This document shows positions 59,985-64,000 of a stretch of 64,000 bases of DNA, piece by piece; the stretch's first letter is position 1; every line of letters starts with the position of its first letter. The stretch spans positions 64,001-128,000 of the forward strand of contig CAXXET010000008.1 in assembly GCA_963666115.2 (NCBI GenBank), read 5' to 3'. The notes under the pieces are model-generated. The model worked only from the letters and a program-made list of their open reading frames with translations. It did not search any database and was not told the DNA's origin. A program made the translations under genes and the position numbers. Origin of the DNA: Dehalococcoidia bacterium (lineage in GTDB: Bacteria; Chloroflexota; Dehalococcoidia; UBA6926).

Positions 59985-60156
59985 GATTCCCGCTTTCGCG
60001 GGAATGACGGACAGTGGGCGGGAATGACGGACAGTGGGGGGGAGGGACGGAGGGGGCGGGAGGGACGGACAGTGGGGGGAGGGACGGAGGGGGGGAGACT
60101 GGGTTCCCGCTTTCGCGGGAAAAAGGAAGGGCCCTTCGACGGGCTCAGGGTGAATG
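59985..60156. repeat. Composite REP cluster with tandem about 20-bp tail repeats
   Basis: gattcccgctttcgcgggaatgacgg, then ggaatgacggacagtggg units, a second family A hairpin and a family C element. Confidence 0.85.
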
Positions 60157-60169
60157 GGGGGGTTGGGCG

Positions 60170-62617
60170 CTGGATACGCAGGGGTTTTTGGGGGATATGC
60201 GGGGGCGGGTTGGGTACGCGGGGCAGATTGTTCACGTGGAGTCTATGCCCCATAGCTCGGCGGCGTTTGGGCGGCTTCGCGCGTCTTTGAGTCCGCTGCT
60301 TCAGCATGCTTTGGAGTTGCGGGGCATCGAGCGATTTTATACTCACCAGGCTGAGGCTATCGATGCGCTTTTGGGCGGGGAGAACGTTGTGGTGGCTACG
60401 GGGACGGCGTCCGGGAAGAGTTTGTGCTATAACGTGCCTATTTTGAATGTGTGTGTGCCCGCGCGCCCTTCGACAGGCTCAGGGCGAACGGAGGGGTCAG
60501 GGCGAACGGATGGGGGGGCGGGGGCGACGGCGCTTTATTTGTTTCCTGCCAAGGCTTTGGCGCAGGATCAGTTGCGGGCGTTGAGTGAGTTGACGGCTCC
60601 CCTGCCCTCGCGGCCGGCGGCGGCGACGTATGACGGGGATACGCCGCAGCATGAGCGCGCGGCTATCCGCAAGAATGTGCGGCTGCTGCTCACCAATCCG
60701 GAGATGCTGCATGTGGGCATCCTGCCCAACCACCGGCTGTGGTCGCGGTTCCTGCGCCGCCTGCGCTTCGTGGTGATCGACGAGGGGCACATGTACCGGG
60801 GGGTGTTCGGCTCGCACGTCGCGATGCTGGTCCGGCGGCTGCGCCGCATCTGCCGGCGGTACGGGGCGAACCCGCAGTTCATCGTGACGTCGGCCACGCT
60901 GGGCAATCCGAAGGAGCACGCGGAGGGGCTGACGGGGCTGCCGATGACGGCGATCACGGAGGACGGGGCGCCGACGGCGGGGCGGGAGTTCGCGCTGTGG
61001 AATCCGCCGATCATCGACGATGCGACGGGGGCGCGGCGCAGCGTGCTGGCGGAGGGGGCGGAGTTGTTTTCGTGGCTCGTGGCGACGGGGACGCGGACGC
61101 TGTCGTTCGTGCGGACGCGGCAGGCGGCGGAGTTGATGTATCGCATCTCGGAGGAGAACCTGCAGCGGCACGGGACGGCGGATGCGCGGGTGAGCTCCTA
61201 CCGGGCCGGGTACGTGCCGGAGGAGCGGCGGGAGATCGAGGCGAAGCTGTCGAGCGGGGAGTTGACGGGGGTGGTGACAACGAACGCGCTGGAGTTGGGC
61301 ATCGACATCGGCCACCTGGACGCGACGGTGATCAACGGGTATCCGGGGTCGCTTGCGGCGACGTTCCAGCAGTCGGGGCGGTCCGGGCGGCGGGGGGAGC
61401 GGGGGCTGTCCATCATGGTGCTGTACGACAACCCGCTGGAGCAGTACCTGGCGCGGCACCCGGACATCCTGTTCCGGCGGGGAATGGAGTACGCGCGCAT
61501 CTCCACCACCAACCCGCGCATCCTCGACCCGCACCTGGTGTGCGCGGCGGTCGAGGCGCCCATCGGCGAGATACCGGGGGACGCGGAGTTGTTCGGGGGC
61601 GGCGAGGTCGTGGCGGCGTCGCTGGAGCGGCTGACGCGGGAGAGTTTTCTAATCGGGCGGGACCGGCGCGGGGCGGAACGGTGGCACGCGCACCCAAAGG
61701 CGGGGGCGCACCCGGCGAGCGACGTTTCGCTGCGGTCAACGTCCGGGGACAACTACACACTGGTGGAGGAGCGGACGGGCGCGGTGCTGGAGACCATTGC
61801 GGAGGAGCACGCCTTCGGCTACGCGCATGAGGGGGCGGTGTACCTGCACCGGGGCGAGCAGTTCCAGGTGAATGAGCTGAACCTGGCGACGAGGAACGCG
61901 ATGCTGCAACGGACGAACGTGGAGTACTACACGACCTCGATGGCGTCCACGGACATGACGGTGCTCAAGGCGGATCGGGAGAAGCAGGAGGGGGCGGCGA
62001 CGGTATTCGTCGGGGACGTGCAGGTGGAGCGGTCGGTGTATCGATTCAGCCGCCGCCGGCATGACCGGAACGACGTGCTCTCCTACGGCGACGTGGACCT
62101 GCCGCCGCGCAGCTTCGAGACGGTGGGGCTGTGGTGGACGGTTCCCAGGAAGATGGTCGATCGGCTCAAGCGGGAGGCGCCCAGGCCCCGGATTGTGATA
62201 GCGCCGGGGGGCGTGGACGCCACGGCCATCGCGGAGGCCAGGCGCGCGATGGAGGACGCGTTCGTCGCGAGCGCGCTGCATGCCGCCGAGCACGCGTGCA
62301 TCAGCCTGCTGCCGCTGTTCGCGCTGTGCGACAGGAACGACATCGGCGGGCTGTCGACGCCGTATCACCCGGACACGAAGGAGGCGACGATCTTCATCTA
62401 CGACGGCATCCCGGGCGGCGTGGGCATCGCGGAGCGGGGCTACGACGTGGCGCGGGAGTTGTGGCAGGAGACGCTCACGATGCTGAACGAGTGCCCGTGC
62501 GAGGAGGGCTGCCCGTCATGCGTGCAGTCGCCGAAGTGCGGGAACAATAACGAGATGCTGGATAAGCGGGGGGCGCGGCTTTTGTTGGAGATGCTGGTCA
62601 ATACTGAGACGGCGTAA
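60170..62617 (+). CDS. DEAD/DEAH helicase with DUF1998 (MrfA/SftH/Hrq1 family)
   Basis: YTHQ, TGTASGKS, PAKALAQDQ, DEGH, SAT, LELGIDIG, QQSGRSGR, CPCEEGCPSC; probable CTG start at 60170 (ATG at 60197 alternative). Confidence 0.93.
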   Translation: MDTQGFLGDMRGRVGYAGQIVHVESMPHSSAAFGRLRASLSPLLQHALELRGIERFYTHQAEAIDALLGGENVVVATGTASGKSLCYNVPILNVCVPARPSTGSGRTEGSGRTDGGAGATALYLFPAKALAQDQLRALSELTAPLPSRPAAATYDGDTPQHERAAIRKNVRLLLTNPEMLHVGILPNHRLWSRFLRRLRFVVIDEGHMYRGVFGSHVAMLVRRLRRICRRYGANPQFIVTSATLGNPKEHAEGLTGLPMTAITEDGAPTAGREFALWNPPIIDDATGARRSVLAEGAELFSWLVATGTRTLSFVRTRQAAELMYRISEENLQRHGTADARVSSYRAGYVPEERREIEAKLSSGELTGVVTTNALELGIDIGHLDATVINGYPGSLAATFQQSGRSGRRGERGLSIMVLYDNPLEQYLARHPDILFRRGMEYARISTTNPRILDPHLVCAAVEAPIGEIPGDAELFGGGEVVAASLERLTRESFLIGRDRRGAERWHAHPKAGAHPASDVSLRSTSGDNYTLVEERTGAVLETIAEEHAFGYAHEGAVYLHRGEQFQVNELNLATRNAMLQRTNVEYYTTSMASTDMTVLKADREKQEGAATVFVGDVQVERSVYRFSRRRHDRNDVLSYGDVDLPPRSFETVGLWWTVPRKMVDRLKREAPRPRIVIAPGGVDATAIAEARRAMEDAFVASALHAAEHACISLLPLFALCDRNDIGGLSTPYHPDTKEATIFIYDGIPGGVGIAERGYDVARELWQETLTMLNECPCEEGCPSCVQSPKCGNNNEMLDKRGARLLLEMLVNTETA
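60466..60510. repeat. Family C REP-like element in frame inside the helicase
   Basis: cccttcgacaggctcagggcgaacgga plus duplicated tcagggcgaacgga; encodes PSTGSGRTEGSGRTD. Confidence 0.85.
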
Positions 62618-62628
62618 GGGGGCAGTTA

Positions 62629-62742
62629 GATTCCCGCTTTCGCGGGAATGACGGATTGGGGCGGGAATGACGGAGTGGGGCGCGGGGGTGACGGACTGAT
62701 GCGGGAATGAATGGCGGACTAATGCGGGAGTGACGGACTGAT
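62629..62742. repeat. Family A REP with tandem gcgggaatgacgga tail repeats
   Basis: Hairpin followed by about four degenerate gcggg(a/g)(a/g)tgacgga units. Confidence 0.85.
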
Positions 62743-62758
62743 AAGAGGGGGTGGCGTT

Positions 62759-63421
62759 ATTCGGACGCGGAGTGTTCGCATTGATTCTAGCGGGGGGATT
62801 GTTTTGGAGGGGCAGCTTGACCTGCCGGATGAAACCACGCCGGCGGCGGGCGTGGTGGTCTGCCATCCGCATCCGCAGTACGGCGGGGAGATGACGAACA
62901 ACGTGGTGATGGCCGTTTCGTCGTCGATTGTGGCGTACGGGCTGGCGGCGCTGCGGTTCAATTTCCGGGGCGTTGGGCGCAGCGGCGGGTCGTATGACAA
63001 CGGCATCGGCGAGCAGGACGACGCGCTGGCGGCATTGGAGGCCCTGGCGTCGGGGGCAGTCGCGGATGAGCTGCCGGACGGGCTGCGCGTCGCGCTGGCG
63101 GGGTATTCGTTTGGGGGCGGGGTGGCGCTGGGGGCGGCTACGCGAGCGGAGAACCTGATGGCCCTGGCGTTGATCTCACCGGCGATGGGGGACGGGGATG
63201 CGGAGGGGTATGCGTCGTTGACGATGCCGAAGCTCATCGCGACGGGGGAGGCGGACAATTTCGCGACGGTGGAGCGCGTGAGAGGTTTGGCGGGGATGCT
63301 GCCGGGGGCGACGGAGATCTACATCGCGCCGCAGACGGATCACTTTTGGTGGGGGGAAGAGATGACCCTGGGGCGGCGTGTGGGGGAGTTTATGGGGGCG
63401 GCTCTTCGTCGCAGCGGGTAG
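62759..63421 (+). CDS. Alpha/beta hydrolase (HPHP family)
   Basis: CHPHPQYGG, FNFRGVG, GYSFGG, TDHF; frame extends to ATT at 62759 with G-rich SD (TTG at 62804 alternative). Confidence 0.9.
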   Translation: MRTRSVRIDSSGGIVLEGQLDLPDETTPAAGVVVCHPHPQYGGEMTNNVVMAVSSSIVAYGLAALRFNFRGVGRSGGSYDNGIGEQDDALAALEALASGAVADELPDGLRVALAGYSFGGGVALGAATRAENLMALALISPAMGDGDAEGYASLTMPKLIATGEADNFATVERVRGLAGMLPGATEIYIAPQTDHFWWGEEMTLGRRVGEFMGAALRRSG

Positions 63422-63448
63422 GCAAGGCGCGCTTGCCACCAACCGACC

Positions 63449-63520
63449 TTGACGATACAATCGCTCTATCACACGATATAATCGTGTGGTCGTGATGATT
63501 AATCGTTTAATCGATTGATC
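63449..63520 (+). promoter_or_regulatory. Promoter/operator region with repeated CGAT-N3-ATCG palindromes
   Basis: cgatacaatcg 63453; cacacgat-ata-atcgtgtg 63470-63488 containing TATAAT; TTGACG 63449. Confidence 0.65.
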
Positions 63521-63565
63521 CTCTACGGCGGCGCAACAGTCGCTCAGTCGGCCACGGAGGTTGCC

Positions 63566-64000
63566 ATGCTGTATCTCAGATTCGCGCTGTCTGACGAGGC
63601 GCGGGAGCAATTGGATGCGCTGCGCCAGGCACGGGACACGCTGGAGCGCGGCATGATCGAGCCGAGTCCGGTGTTCGGAGAATTGCGTCGCCATGCCATT
63701 GCGGCAAGCGTCCACTATTCTACACGCATCGAGGGCAACAGGCTCACGCTCGCCCAGGTGACGAGCCTTTTGCGGGGGGAACAGGTTTCAGCACAAGAAC
63801 ACTATATCCAGGAGGTCATCAACTACTGGGAGGCGATTCAATATGCACGGCAACGGGGCGCTCAAGGTGTTGGGGCTGTATCCGACGACAGCATCCAGAG
63901 CATCCACTTCCTGGTTTCCAAGTCACTGCAGGGCTTCTACAACCCGGGCCGCTACCGGACAGAACAGAATAACGTCGTAGACAGCGCGAGCGGGCAAGTC
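63566..64000 (+). CDS. Fic-family protein, partial (runs off the window)
   Basis: GGAGG SD; VHYSTRIEGNRLT inhibitory motif, EVINY, IH, PGRYRTEQN. Confidence 0.85.
   Translation, partial: MLYLRFALSDEAREQLDALRQARDTLERGMIEPSPVFGELRRHAIAASVHYSTRIEGNRLTLAQVTSLLRGEQVSAQEHYIQEVINYWEAIQYARQRGAQGVGAVSDDSIQSIHFLVSKSLQGFYNPGRYRTEQNNVVDSASGQV

Noticed and set aside
59985-60156. Possible CRISPR array (also 62629-62742)
   Set aside because: Period about 20 bp with only 5-9 nt variable gaps, repeats derive from REP tails, no cas genes
60170-62617. DISARM system (DUF1998 helicase plus C5 MTase)
   Set aside because: Helicase and DUF1998 are fused as in standalone MrfA/SftH; no drmC/D/E; the MTase is about 55 kb away

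Overview
High-GC bacterial chromosome segment around the replication origin. The dnaA...obgE-nadD order, dispersed dnaN/gyrB and gene content suggest Chloroflexota (Dehalococcoidia-like); this is an inference. Core genes are fmt, dnaA, obgE, nadD, era, selA, coaE, panC, argF, der-plsY-gpsA, pgi/pmi, dnaN, dnaJ, gyrB, tRNA-Ser(TGA), pntAB, serS and a DUF1998 helicase. Small accessory cassettes lie between them. The strongest candidate for an undescribed system is a four-gene operon (5mC MTase, ParB/Srx-fold protein, PD-(D/E)xK-like protein, Vsr) inserted between dnaA and a phased DnaA-box array. Other cassettes include an extended MTase plus convergent endonuclease with an operator-bearing promoter, PRTase-DprA (ShosTA-like), two Fic genes, several TA pairs, an orphan CbbQ/CbbO-like pair, and a CWCGCG-EcsC operon with two RlmJ-like genes. 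Window-wide patterns: several REP-like hairpin families (some with tandemly amplified tails, one in frame inside a helicase), recurrent ATT/CTG start codons, and local AC-left/GT-right strand-asymmetry foci. Several homopolymer frameshifts, including one in dnaA, look like long-read errors. All calls come from motif recognition by eye; no searches were run.
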